Shown: piece after piece, positions 42,801 to 51,119 of the stretch | Position numbering within the stretch: position 1 is the stretch's first letter | How the letters are laid out: each line of letters starts with the position of its first letter | Source of the DNA: Bacillota bacterium | Lineage (GTDB): Bacteria; Bacillota; Clostridia; Christensenellales; UBA1431 | Length of the DNA: 64,000 bases | Direction of reading: 5' to 3' | Assembly: GCA_049324235.1 (NCBI GenBank) | Contig: JBMOLJ010000017.1 | Coordinates: 45,701-109,700, forward strand | Notes under the pieces: generated by a model | Told to the model about the DNA's origin: nothing | Seen by the model: only the letters and a program-made list of their open reading frames with translations | The model's database searches: none | Made by a program: the position numbers and the translations under genes

Positions 42801-43135
42801 CAAAATAAAACAGCCTGCAAAAAAAATGCAGGCTGTACGCGTTTTAGGGATAGTCTCGGAGCAAATAGAAAGCTCCAGAGAATCTTTATTGAAGCTAACA
42901 TCCCTTTGCAGTCCGCTCAAGGCCGTTTCATCTTCCGAACCAACTCTAACTTCCTGTTACTCCTATGAACCTTTCGTTCATACTTTCTCATTCCGCTATC
43001 ACTGGCTCTTCCGGTATAGGGAACTGTTTCCACTAATGTGGACCTTTCGTTCGCCAAACCTTCTCCCGTATTCATCATACGGTGCTTTCCTGCTCCGTTT
43101 GTTTTGCTTCTTAGGTTATCCCTGGAGCTTGTTTT
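42801..43135 (-). ncRNA. Candidate non-coding RNA of unknown class; tentative
   Basis: A roughly 300-nt stretch with no credible ORF. It is strongly pyrimidine-rich on plus and purine-rich on minus, with 13 GGA triplets on the minus strand. An 11-mer acctttcgttc is duplicated (42969-79 and 43042-52). Local hairpins include atgaac-ctttc-gttcat and ccgta-ttcatca-tacgg. The only good terminator (42810-36) reads on the minus strand. Confidence 0.3.
42810..42836. terminator. Hairpin terminator whose U-tract lies on the minus strand
   Basis: acagcctgca-aaaaaaa-tgcaggctgt. On the minus strand it is followed by ttttatttt; on the plus strand only by acgcgtttta. Confidence 0.6.
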
Positions 43136-43335
43136 CATTTTACACACCCATTACAATAAGAACAAATGCAAAAAACATTCAAATAGCATTAAAATGCCAA
43201 AATATCCTGATAAAAGCACCGTAATGCTTATTATTTTGAATGATTGATTAAATTATTGAATAAAAATATAAATCATCCTGTTATTTTTAGCCTCTATGAT
43301 ATAAAATATCCATAGGAATTTGGAAGGTGATAGGA

Positions 43336-44277
43336 TTGTCGATCGTTACAATTTCGAGGCAGATAGGCAGTTTGGGCGACGAAATAGCTGCATCGTTGTC
43401 CCGTAAATTGGATATGGAACTCATTGTACGGGACAGGATCATAAACGAATGGCTTCCCGAAAACACTAACGACTATGTGCGGCGCATGCTTGCTGAAAGC
43501 CCGAAATTTTTTTTAAACCAGATGGAAGACGGCGTCAGCTTCAAAGAATATATCGAACAGCGGCTGATAGCGTTTGCACAGCATACACCCGCGATCATAA
43601 TCGGCATGGGCGCGCAGGTCATTTTTTCTTCCCATCAGGATGCCACAAACATCAGGATCATCGCCTCCTTTCAGACGAGAATCAACCGCATCAAAAAGCA
43701 ATTCGGCATCGGCGACACAGAGGCCGAAAGCATCCTTTTTACAACCGATAAAAAGCATAAACGTTATATTGCGACACTGTATGGCGTGGACTGGGCCGAC
43801 CCCACGCTTTATGATTTGACCGTCAATACGGATGCTGTCGGCGCCGATGAATGTGTGGAACTGGTTTGTTCCATGGTAAAAGAAAGGGTACGCCTGCGGC
43901 AGGAGAATCAAACGGAAACGGACATATCAAAAAACGAAATACAGAATTGCGTTTTCAGGCATCCAGCCGAAAGCGAATTTGCAAAGATTCTGGACATGTA
44001 TAATATCGACTGGAAGTATGAGCCCAAGACGTTCCCCGTTGAGTGGGACGCCGAGGGAAATGTTACCATGGCGTTCAGTCCTGATTTTTACCTGCCCAAA
44101 TTTGATACGTACATTGAAATCACCACGATGAACCAGAAATATGTCACCATCAAAAACAAAAAAGTGAGAAAGCTCAGGGAATTGTATCCCGGCATTAATG
44201 TAAAGATCGTTTACAAAAAGGATTTTCATGCGCTGCTGAGAAGGTTCGGAGATGTGATAGGAAGTGAAGAAGCATAA
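43336..44277 (+). CDS. Fusion protein: cytidylate-kinase-like family (AAA_33-like) N-terminal domain plus a PD-(D/E)XK / TnsA-N-like nuclease-fold C-terminal domain
   Basis: N-terminal part: SIVTISRQIGSLGDEIAASLSRKL...IIGMGAQVIF...RYIATLYGVDWADPTLYDLTVNT, the cytidylate-kinase-like-2 pattern. C-terminal part: ESEFAKILDMYNIDWKYEPKTF...AFSPDFYLPKFDTYIEIT...KKVRKL, an E...PD...ExT/K-type core. I prefer TTG at 43336 after GGAAGGTG; the track GTG is at 43327. Confidence 0.6.
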   Translation: MSIVTISRQIGSLGDEIAASLSRKLDMELIVRDRIINEWLPENTNDYVRRMLAESPKFFLNQMEDGVSFKEYIEQRLIAFAQHTPAIIIGMGAQVIFSSHQDATNIRIIASFQTRINRIKKQFGIGDTEAESILFTTDKKHKRYIATLYGVDWADPTLYDLTVNTDAVGADECVELVCSMVKERVRLRQENQTETDISKNEIQNCVFRHPAESEFAKILDMYNIDWKYEPKTFPVEWDAEGNVTMAFSPDFYLPKFDTYIEITTMNQKYVTIKNKKVRKLRELYPGINVKIVYKKDFHALLRRFGDVIGSEEA

Positions 44278-44817
44278 ATGGATACGCCGAAGATAAAGAG
44301 GATCGTTTTTAGCGAAACGGAAATTATGGATAAAGTCGCGGAGTTGGGTAAAAAGATCAGCGAGGATTACAGAGGGAAGGATCTTCTGCTTATCAGCATC
44401 CTTAAGGGAACGTTTATCTTTCTGGCCGACATCACAAGAAAGATCGACATCCCGGTGGAGATCGACTTCATGTCCATAGGCCTCTACCCCGGAACGACCA
44501 ACCAGACCGGCATAGTGCGCATCACCAAGGACCTGGATTCGGATATTACGGGAAGGCACGTACTGGTCATCGAGGATATTATCCGAACAGGGCTGACGAT
44601 AGGGTATCTCATCCAGAACATGGAGTCCAGGAAGCCTGCCAGCATCAAGATCTGCACGCTGCTGGACAATCCCGCGCAAAGGCTGGTGAACATACCGGTA
44701 GCGTACAGCGGATTCAAGGTCCCCGATGTATCGCTTGCCGGGTATGGCATGGACATAAAGGGGTATATGCGCAATTTGCCCTATATCGCCGAAGTCGATG
44801 AAAAATATAACGCCTGA
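44278..44817 (+). CDS. hpt: Hypoxanthine phosphoribosyltransferase-family protein (variant PRPP loop)
   Basis: It is collinear with bacterial HprT (ILKG, DFMS, KDLD, GYGMD, RNLPYI). The PRPP motif reads VLVIEDIIRTGLT instead of EDIIDxGxT. The ATG directly abuts the upstream TAA. Confidence 0.8.
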   Translation: MDTPKIKRIVFSETEIMDKVAELGKKISEDYRGKDLLLISILKGTFIFLADITRKIDIPVEIDFMSIGLYPGTTNQTGIVRITKDLDSDITGRHVLVIEDIIRTGLTIGYLIQNMESRKPASIKICTLLDNPAQRLVNIPVAYSGFKVPDVSLAGYGMDIKGYMRNLPYIAEVDEKYNA

Positions 44818-45162
44818 TGCAGCCTGAGAGTGCAAAAACATTGCCGTCACCGGCAAGATAACACATTGTGATTAGAATCTGCATTCCTCCCCAAAATCCT
44901 CCTTGATGCATCAAATCTTTCACTTGACAGAGATCTTTCCTCAATGTTAAAATTCCTTATCTCTTTGCACTGCATGTACTACAGTACAAACTGATCAGGC
45001 GATGGGCTTATGCCGGTCCATGCAGCCGGGCCAAAAGTGGCAGCAGGTCAAATCTTACATGCCTGTGGGACAGAACAATGTTTCCGCAGGTGTTTTTTTA
45101 TCCGCGGAAACATGATAAATGCATTGCCCTAGAGCTATCATAATGAATGCCGGAGAGGCATC

Positions 45163-47706
45163 ATGATGGAGGAGTGTTCTATGCATTTGAACAACCTAAC
45201 ACCCTGGGGCCTGACGAGTGAACAGGCAAAAGAACTGCAGAAAAAATACGGCAGGAATGAACTTACCCCCCGGAAAAAGGAGAGTTTCCTGCGTAAAATT
45301 TTTGAAGTTGTAGCTGAGCCCATGTTTCTTTTGCTGATCATAGCCGCTGCGATCTATTTCATACTCGGCGAGCCTCGCGACGGGATTATCATGCTCGTTT
45401 TTGTTTCAGGCGTTATCAGCATCGACATTTTTCAGGAATGGAAAACCGATAAAACGCTTAATGCGCTCAAGGACTTATCCGCACCCCGCGTGAAGGTAAT
45501 CCGCGACGGCGTAGAAAAAACGATCAACAGCGCCGATCTGGTTCCGGGCGATCTGATGCTTATTTCAGAAGGCGTAAAGATTCCGGCTGACGGCAGGATT
45601 GTTAAAGCAAGCGACCTTTGCGTGGACGAATCCTTGCTCACAGGCGAGCCGGAGGGCGTATGGAAAGTCACCGTGGATCAGGCCGAGCATGACAGCAGGG
45701 ACTATTGGCGGCGCGACACCTGCTACGCGGGGACGCTGGTGACGCAGGGCCTGGCCGAAGTAGTTGTGGAAAAAATCGGCCCGATGACGGAATACGGCAA
45801 GATCGGCAAAGACGTTGCCGAGGCGCCGGATAGGCCGACGCCGCTGGAAAAGCAGACGGGCAAGCTCGTCAAGCTGTGCGCCGGTATTGCCGCCGTGCTT
45901 TTTGCACTGGTCAGCGGGATAACGTATCTGAACCTCCCGGAGCTCATCTTTAAGGACCGGATCATCGAAAGCATTTTGTCGGGCATCACCCTGGCTATGG
46001 CCATGATCCCCGAGGAATTCCCCGTCATTCTCACGGTTTTCCTCTCGATGGGAGCCTGGCGTCTGGCAAAAAAGCATTCGCTTGTCAGAAGGCTTCCTTC
46101 GGTGGAGACGCTGGGCGCGGTCTCCGTGCTTTGCGTCGATAAGACCGGCACGATTACCATGAATCAAATGACCGTGCGCGAAATCTGGGCAAAGGATGGC
46201 GACGCTGACAATCTGTGCAGAGTGATGGGTATGGCATGTGAAACCGCAGCCTATGATCCCATGGAAAAGGCGATGCTTTCCTATTGTGAAAGCCGCAATG
46301 TTTTAAAAGAACAGCTTTTTGCGGGCGTACTCTTGCTCGAGTACCCGTTTACCAATGAGAGCAAAATGATGGGGCATGTGTGGAAGCGGGAAACGGAAGT
46401 GGTGGTTGCCGCCAAGGGTTCGCCGGAAAGCATACTGCCCCTTTGCAAAATGTCCGATGCCGAGCGCAGGGTAGTGCACGAAAAAATTCTTGAAATGTCG
46501 AACGAAGGCCTGCGCGTTATTGCGGTCGGGGAAATGAGAATAGAGAGTGAAGACGAGGCGCCCGGGACATTGCAGGAATGTGCATTGGAGTTTTGCGGAC
46601 TTGTCGGGCTCGCCGATCCGCCGCGGGAGTCCGTAAAGGAAGATATCCAACAGTGTGTCAAAGCGGGCATACGCGTCGTGATGATCACCGGTGACAACGG
46701 AAATACCGCAACGTCTATCGCAAGACAGATCGGAATGCCGGGGTGTCAGAAGATCATAACGGGCAACGAAATCAGCGAAATGACAGACGAGGAGCTGCGC
46801 GAAAAGATCCGCGACGTGAGCATATTTTCCCGGGTCGTGCCGGAGCATAAGATGCGCATCGTCAAAGCGTTCAAGGAAAACGGCGAGGTCGTCGCGATGA
46901 CAGGCGACGGAGTCAACGATGCGCCTGCCCTGAAATATGCGGACATCGGTATTTCAATGGGCAAGCGCGGGTCGGAGGTTTCGCGGGAGGCGGCCGACCT
47001 CATCCTGCTCGATGACAATTTCTCGACGATCGTGGACACCGTAAAGGACGGCAGAAGGATATTTGACAATATCCAAAAGGCTGTAGGGTATGTTTTCACC
47101 ATACACATACCTATCGCGCTTGCTTCGTTGCTTGCGCCTATGCTGGGGATCACGGCAGCCGCGTTGATGCTGCTTCCCCTGCACATCGTTTTGCTCGAAC
47201 TGGTCATCGACCCGACGTGCTCGATTGCCCTTGAACGCCAGCCTGCGGAAAAGAACATCATGGACCGCCCGCCGCGCAAACGGAATGAGAAGATACTGAA
47301 TATGCATATATTGGCAAAAAGTATTGCCCAGGGCCTCATGATCTTTGCCGCCTCGTTTGGGACGTATTATTTAAACATCCTGAATGACCCCATGAATCCG
47401 GCGTTTGCGCGCACGATGGGCATGGCTGTCATATTGATCAGCAATATACTGCTCGTGCAGGTAAACAGCTCGAACCACGACTTATTCTTTCATTCATTCA
47501 GACGGCTGGTCAAAGACAAGGTTATATGGCTCGTAAGCGCCGGTCCGCTTATCCTGCTGCTCGTTATGATCTATACGCCATTGCATCAATTTTTAAAACT
47601 CTATCCGCTGTCTTTTGCTCAGTTGCTTTTGGCGGTGGGCATTGCGATTATTGCGACAATGTGGTATGAACTGGTGAAGCTGATGAAGCGCGTTAAGAAT
47701 GGCTGA
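45163..47706 (+). CDS. Cation-transporting P-type ATPase, type IIA (Ca2+-ATPase-like)
   Basis: Motifs TGEPE, CVDKTGTITMNQM, MITGDNGNTA, TGDGVNDAPALK. The N-terminal region LTSEQAKELQKKYGRNEL is a cation-ATPase N domain. The start may instead be ATG 45181. Confidence 0.88.
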   Translation: MMEECSMHLNNLTPWGLTSEQAKELQKKYGRNELTPRKKESFLRKIFEVVAEPMFLLLIIAAAIYFILGEPRDGIIMLVFVSGVISIDIFQEWKTDKTLNALKDLSAPRVKVIRDGVEKTINSADLVPGDLMLISEGVKIPADGRIVKASDLCVDESLLTGEPEGVWKVTVDQAEHDSRDYWRRDTCYAGTLVTQGLAEVVVEKIGPMTEYGKIGKDVAEAPDRPTPLEKQTGKLVKLCAGIAAVLFALVSGITYLNLPELIFKDRIIESILSGITLAMAMIPEEFPVILTVFLSMGAWRLAKKHSLVRRLPSVETLGAVSVLCVDKTGTITMNQMTVREIWAKDGDADNLCRVMGMACETAAYDPMEKAMLSYCESRNVLKEQLFAGVLLLEYPFTNESKMMGHVWKRETEVVVAAKGSPESILPLCKMSDAERRVVHEKILEMSNEGLRVIAVGEMRIESEDEAPGTLQECALEFCGLVGLADPPRESVKEDIQQCVKAGIRVVMITGDNGNTATSIARQIGMPGCQKIITGNEISEMTDEELREKIRDVSIFSRVVPEHKMRIVKAFKENGEVVAMTGDGVNDAPALKYADIGISMGKRGSEVSREAADLILLDDNFSTIVDTVKDGRRIFDNIQKAVGYVFTIHIPIALASLLAPMLGITAAALMLLPLHIVLLELVIDPTCSIALERQPAEKNIMDRPPRKRNEKILNMHILAKSIAQGLMIFAASFGTYYLNILNDPMNPAFARTMGMAVILISNILLVQVNSSNHDLFFHSFRRLVKDKVIWLVSAGPLILLLVMIYTPLHQFLKLYPLSFAQLLLAVGIAIIATMWYELVKLMKRVKNG

Positions 47707-47727
47707 AGAACCTGCGTAATAGCCGTC

Positions 47728-47758
47728 AAGCCCTGTTGTGGAACAGGGCTTTTGTTTT
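47728..47758 (+). terminator. Intrinsic terminator after the P-type ATPase
   Basis: aagccctgtt-gtgg-aacagggctt followed by ttgtttt. Confidence 0.8.
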
Positions 47759-47877
47759 AGAGGCCTTGGTGATAAAATACTACGGGATGGATGCAAATGA
47801 AATGTATGGATATTGCGAAGGATGCCGGGTATGGCACGGGAAATATCTCCCGGCTTCAACGCTTCGGGGTGTTTGAA

Positions 47878-49173
47878 ATGGAATCATTGGCGATTTATGT
47901 TTTATGTGCGGTGTCCGTTGTCCTGTGTATTTTCGTGTTCCTGCTCTGGCGGCGTCTCTCGAAGGCGTCCGGCCCGGCCGAACACCGTATAGTAAGCATG
48001 GAGCAGGCGCTGTCCGCGCAGTTGCACCGCTCCATGCAGGACAACCTTGCGCAGTTTTCCATGCAGCGTGACGAGATCAACGCGCAAATGGCGCGCATGA
48101 TGCGGATGCTGTCGGCGGACATGGGGCGGATGAGCGATACGCAGCAAAACAGCCTGAAAGGTATGAGCATGCAGCTCGTCGAGATGGTGCGTTTAAACCA
48201 GCAAAAGCTGGATGAAATGCGCCTGACCCTCGAAAGAAACGTGAAAGCAATGTCCGACGAGAACGCGAAACGCCTTGATGAAATGCGCCGGACCGTGGAT
48301 GAAAAGCTCCAGACCACGCTGGAGAGCCGCCTCAACCAGTCCTTTGAGCTGGTAAGCAAAAGGCTGGAACAGGTATACCGCGGCCTGGGCGAGATGCAGG
48401 CGCTGGCCGAGGGCGTGGGCGACCTCAAGCGCGTGCTCTCCAACGTGAAGGTGCGCGGCACATGGGGCGAGATACAGCTTGGCGCGCTGCTCGAGCAGAT
48501 GCTCGCGCCTTCCCAGTACGCGTGCAACGTTGCCGTCAGGCCGGGTGCGGCCGAGCGCGTAGAATACGCCATACGCTTGCCGGGTAAAGACGAGGATGGG
48601 ACAGTCGTTTTCCTCCCCATCGACGCGAAATTTCCGCAGGAAGCCTATCTGCGCCTGGCCGAGGCCGCGAGGGACGGCGATGCGGCCGCCGTGGAGCTTC
48701 AGGTGAAACAGCTTGAAAGCATTTTAAAAGCGCAGGCCAAACTGATCATGGAGAAGTATATCCATCCGCCGTACACGACCGACTTTGCGATCATGTATCT
48801 GCCCACGGAGGGGCTGTATGCCGAAGTGGTGCGCAGGAACGGGTTTCTCGAAACGCTGCAGCGGGATTACCGCGTGTCAGTCGCCGGACCGTCCACGCTC
48901 ACTGCGCTTTTGAACAGCCTGCAGATGGGGTTCAGGACGCTTGCAATCGAGAAACGCTCCAGCGAAGTGTGGCAGCTTTTGGGTGAGTGCAAAAAAGAGT
49001 TTGGAGAATTTGCGGTGATACTAGACAAGACCAGGAAGAAGCTGCAGGAAGCGGTGAATACTATGGAGAGCGCACAACAGAAAACGCGCAGGATCGACCG
49101 GAAGCTGCGGGCGGTCGAGATAGAAGAAACCTGTGCGTTGGAGGATGACATTGAGGGAGACATGCTTGCATGA
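47878..49173 (+). CDS. rmuC: DNA recombination protein RmuC
   Basis: An N-terminal TM helix and a Gln/Met-rich coiled coil, then the RmuC core RGTWGEIQLGALLEQ...FLPIDAKFP...MYLPTEGLYAE. ATG at 47878 after GGGGTG. Confidence 0.85.
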   Translation: MESLAIYVLCAVSVVLCIFVFLLWRRLSKASGPAEHRIVSMEQALSAQLHRSMQDNLAQFSMQRDEINAQMARMMRMLSADMGRMSDTQQNSLKGMSMQLVEMVRLNQQKLDEMRLTLERNVKAMSDENAKRLDEMRRTVDEKLQTTLESRLNQSFELVSKRLEQVYRGLGEMQALAEGVGDLKRVLSNVKVRGTWGEIQLGALLEQMLAPSQYACNVAVRPGAAERVEYAIRLPGKDEDGTVVFLPIDAKFPQEAYLRLAEAARDGDAAAVELQVKQLESILKAQAKLIMEKYIHPPYTTDFAIMYLPTEGLYAEVVRRNGFLETLQRDYRVSVAGPSTLTALLNSLQMGFRTLAIEKRSSEVWQLLGECKKEFGEFAVILDKTRKKLQEAVNTMESAQQKTRRIDRKLRAVEIEETCALEDDIEGDMLA

Positions 49174-50204
49174 AAAACGATAGACGAAAACCCGCGTTCA
49201 TTATTTTTCTATTGACTGTTATCTCATTATTGGCAGGCTGCCAAACAGGGGACGGGGCGGAAACCGCCACGCAGACAAAGTTCATGCTGGGGACGGTGAT
49301 AACGCTCACGTCGTATCAAAAAGATGCGGACGACGCACTGAGCGCCGCGTTTGACCGAATCGCACAGATTGAATCCGAAATGAGCGCCAAAAAAGCGGGT
49401 ACAGAAATCGATACACTGAACACAAAGGGGACGAACAAGCTTACATCGGACGTTTTTTATGTTCTGAAGAAAGCGCTGGAAATGGCAAAACTGTCCAAAG
49501 GGGCGTTTGATCCCACGGTCCTTCCGCTGAGCAGGCTCTGGGGGATTGACGACGATACAAAGGCAAAGATAGTTCCTGCCGCGAGGGAAATCGAAAAGGC
49601 GCGCGCTCTCGTGGACTATAAAAAAGTGGGACTTGACGCAAAAACCCGGACCGCCGCTATTCAGACGGGTATGGGCGTGGACCTTGGCGGTATTGCAAAA
49701 GGCTACGCGGCGGATGAAGCCCGGCGTATTTTCAAAGAAAAGGGTGTTAAGAGCGCGATTCTGGATCTTGGCGGGAACGTTGTGGCCATCGGGAACCGGC
49801 CGGACGGACAGCCGTGGCGCATCGGCATCCGTGACCCGCGCGCCCGGGAAGAGGGCGGTTACTACGCCGTGCTTTCAGTCAGAGATCAGGTTGTCGTGAC
49901 GTCCGGCGACTACGAACGCTATTTTGAGGTGAACGGGGTGCGGTATCACCATATTTTCGATACCGCGACGGGGTATCCCGCAAAAAATGGTGTAATAAGC
50001 GCGACAATCATATCAGGGAATTCTACGGAGGCGGATGCCTTGTCCACCGCGGTATTCGTGCTTGGCGTGGAGAAGGGCCTGGCGTTGGTGGAGTCCGTTG
50101 AGGGGACGGAAGCGGTTATTGTGACGGACGATAAAAAGGTGTACACAACGCCGGGAATCAGGGACAAGGTGGAGATCGTCTCAAAGGAGTATGTGCTGCA
50201 ATGA
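49170..50204 (+). CDS. apbE: FAD:protein FMN transferase (ApbE family lipoprotein)
   Basis: Lipobox LLAGC, with motifs FDPTV, DLGGIAKGYA, TSGDYERYF and HHIFD. Its ATG overlaps the rmuC stop. Confidence 0.88.
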   Translation: MKNDRRKPAFIIFLLTVISLLAGCQTGDGAETATQTKFMLGTVITLTSYQKDADDALSAAFDRIAQIESEMSAKKAGTEIDTLNTKGTNKLTSDVFYVLKKALEMAKLSKGAFDPTVLPLSRLWGIDDDTKAKIVPAAREIEKARALVDYKKVGLDAKTRTAAIQTGMGVDLGGIAKGYAADEARRIFKEKGVKSAILDLGGNVVAIGNRPDGQPWRIGIRDPRAREEGGYYAVLSVRDQVVVTSGDYERYFEVNGVRYHHIFDTATGYPAKNGVISATIISGNSTEADALSTAVFVLGVEKGLALVESVEGTEAVIVTDDKKVYTTPGIRDKVEIVSKEYVLQ

Positions 50205-50554
50205 AAAAGGGTGATATTGCAATTTTTGCGGCTCTTCTGGTCATTGCCGCTCTTTTGTGGTGGGCGTTCTCGGCTTCTCCCGCTGGTGACACGGTGTATG
50301 TCGTGGTTCAGAAAGACGGGCAGCAGGTCCTCATGACGCCTCTTAACGGGACCGATACATTTTGGGCAGATGCGCACAACAGGGTTGTGATAAAAGACGG
50401 AAAGGTACATATGGAATGGTCGGACTGTTACAATCAGGTATGCGTTCACGCGGGCAGCATCAGCCAAGCGAACCAGCAGATCGTGTGCCTGCCCAACAGG
50501 GTGGTTGTCCGGCTGGAAGCAAAAAATGCCGCGCTTGACGGCATGACATATTAG
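50201..50554 (+). CDS. NusG domain II-containing membrane-anchored protein
   Basis: An N-terminal TM helix, then WSDCYNQVCVHAGSISQANQQIVCLPNRVVVRLE, the typical NusG_II family ending. It overlaps the apbE stop (ATGA). Confidence 0.75.
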   Translation: MKKGDIAIFAALLVIAALLWWAFSASPAGDTVYVVVQKDGQQVLMTPLNGTDTFWADAHNRVVIKDGKVHMEWSDCYNQVCVHAGSISQANQQIVCLPNRVVVRLEAKNAALDGMTY

Positions 50555-50570
50555 GAGGTATACGAAGGGC

Positions 50571-51119
50571 ATGAACAAGGTGAGGCGCATGGTGCTCCTT
50601 TCGCTGCTCGTCGCAATGGCCTCCGCGGTGCATTATATCGAGGGGCTGGTGCCCGTGCTCATTTCCGGGCTGCCGGGCGTGAAACTGGGCCTTGCAAACG
50701 TATTTTCGCTGTTCGCGCTAGTTTCGCTGGGGGCGGGCGACGCCTTTATCGTTGTGGTACTCAGGTGCCTGCTGACATCCGTTGTCTGGGGTCAGGCGGT
50801 AAGTCTGGCCTACAGTCTCGCCGGCGGCCTGTTGAGCACGCTGGTGATGTGGATTTTTTACAGGTATTTAAAAGAACGCTTGAGCCTGTACGGCATTAGC
50901 GCTGCCGGCGCGTTCTTCCATAATGTCGGACAGCTTTTTGTTGCGGCGCTGATACTGCAAAGCGGCTATGTCTTCGGGTATCTGCCGGTTATGACGGCCG
51001 TAGCCGTGCCGACGGGGCTCTTTGTGGGCATGCTCACGCAAATGGTCAAAAGAGCGGTGGACATGACCGGAATATTGCGGGAAACGGGAAACGGAGGCAA
51101 AAATGAGCGGAAGCCTTGA
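50571..51119 (+). CDS. Gx transporter family protein (formerly 'heptaprenyl diphosphate synthase component I'-like)
   Basis: 182 aa with 5 TM segments: LSLLVAMASAVHYIEGLVP...GVKLGLANVFSLFAL. Confidence 0.7.
   Translation: MNKVRRMVLLSLLVAMASAVHYIEGLVPVLISGLPGVKLGLANVFSLFALVSLGAGDAFIVVVLRCLLTSVVWGQAVSLAYSLAGGLLSTLVMWIFYRYLKERLSLYGISAAGAFFHNVGQLFVAALILQSGYVFGYLPVMTAVAVPTGLFVGMLTQMVKRAVDMTGILRETGNGGKNERKP

Noticed and set aside
42838-43135. Identifying the non-coding stretch as RNase P RNA, tmRNA, SRP RNA, 6S RNA, a group II intron remnant or a riboswitch.
   Set aside because: - It has no GAGGAAAGUCC (RNase P CR-I).
- It has no tRNA-like 3' end and no tag ORF (tmRNA).
- It has no GGAA-tetraloop helix-8 motif (SRP).
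- It has no long 5'/3' rod (6S), and the purine bias prevents one.
- It has no domain-V-like hairpin.
- No gene lies downstream on the minus strand for a riboswitch to control.
42826-43224. The 132-aa plus-strand ORF in the non-coding gap.
   Set aside because: It starts inside the terminator hairpin and has no RBS. It is rich in Ser/Leu/Phe/Pro/Tyr as a direct consequence of the C/T-rich strand, and I recognised no motif.
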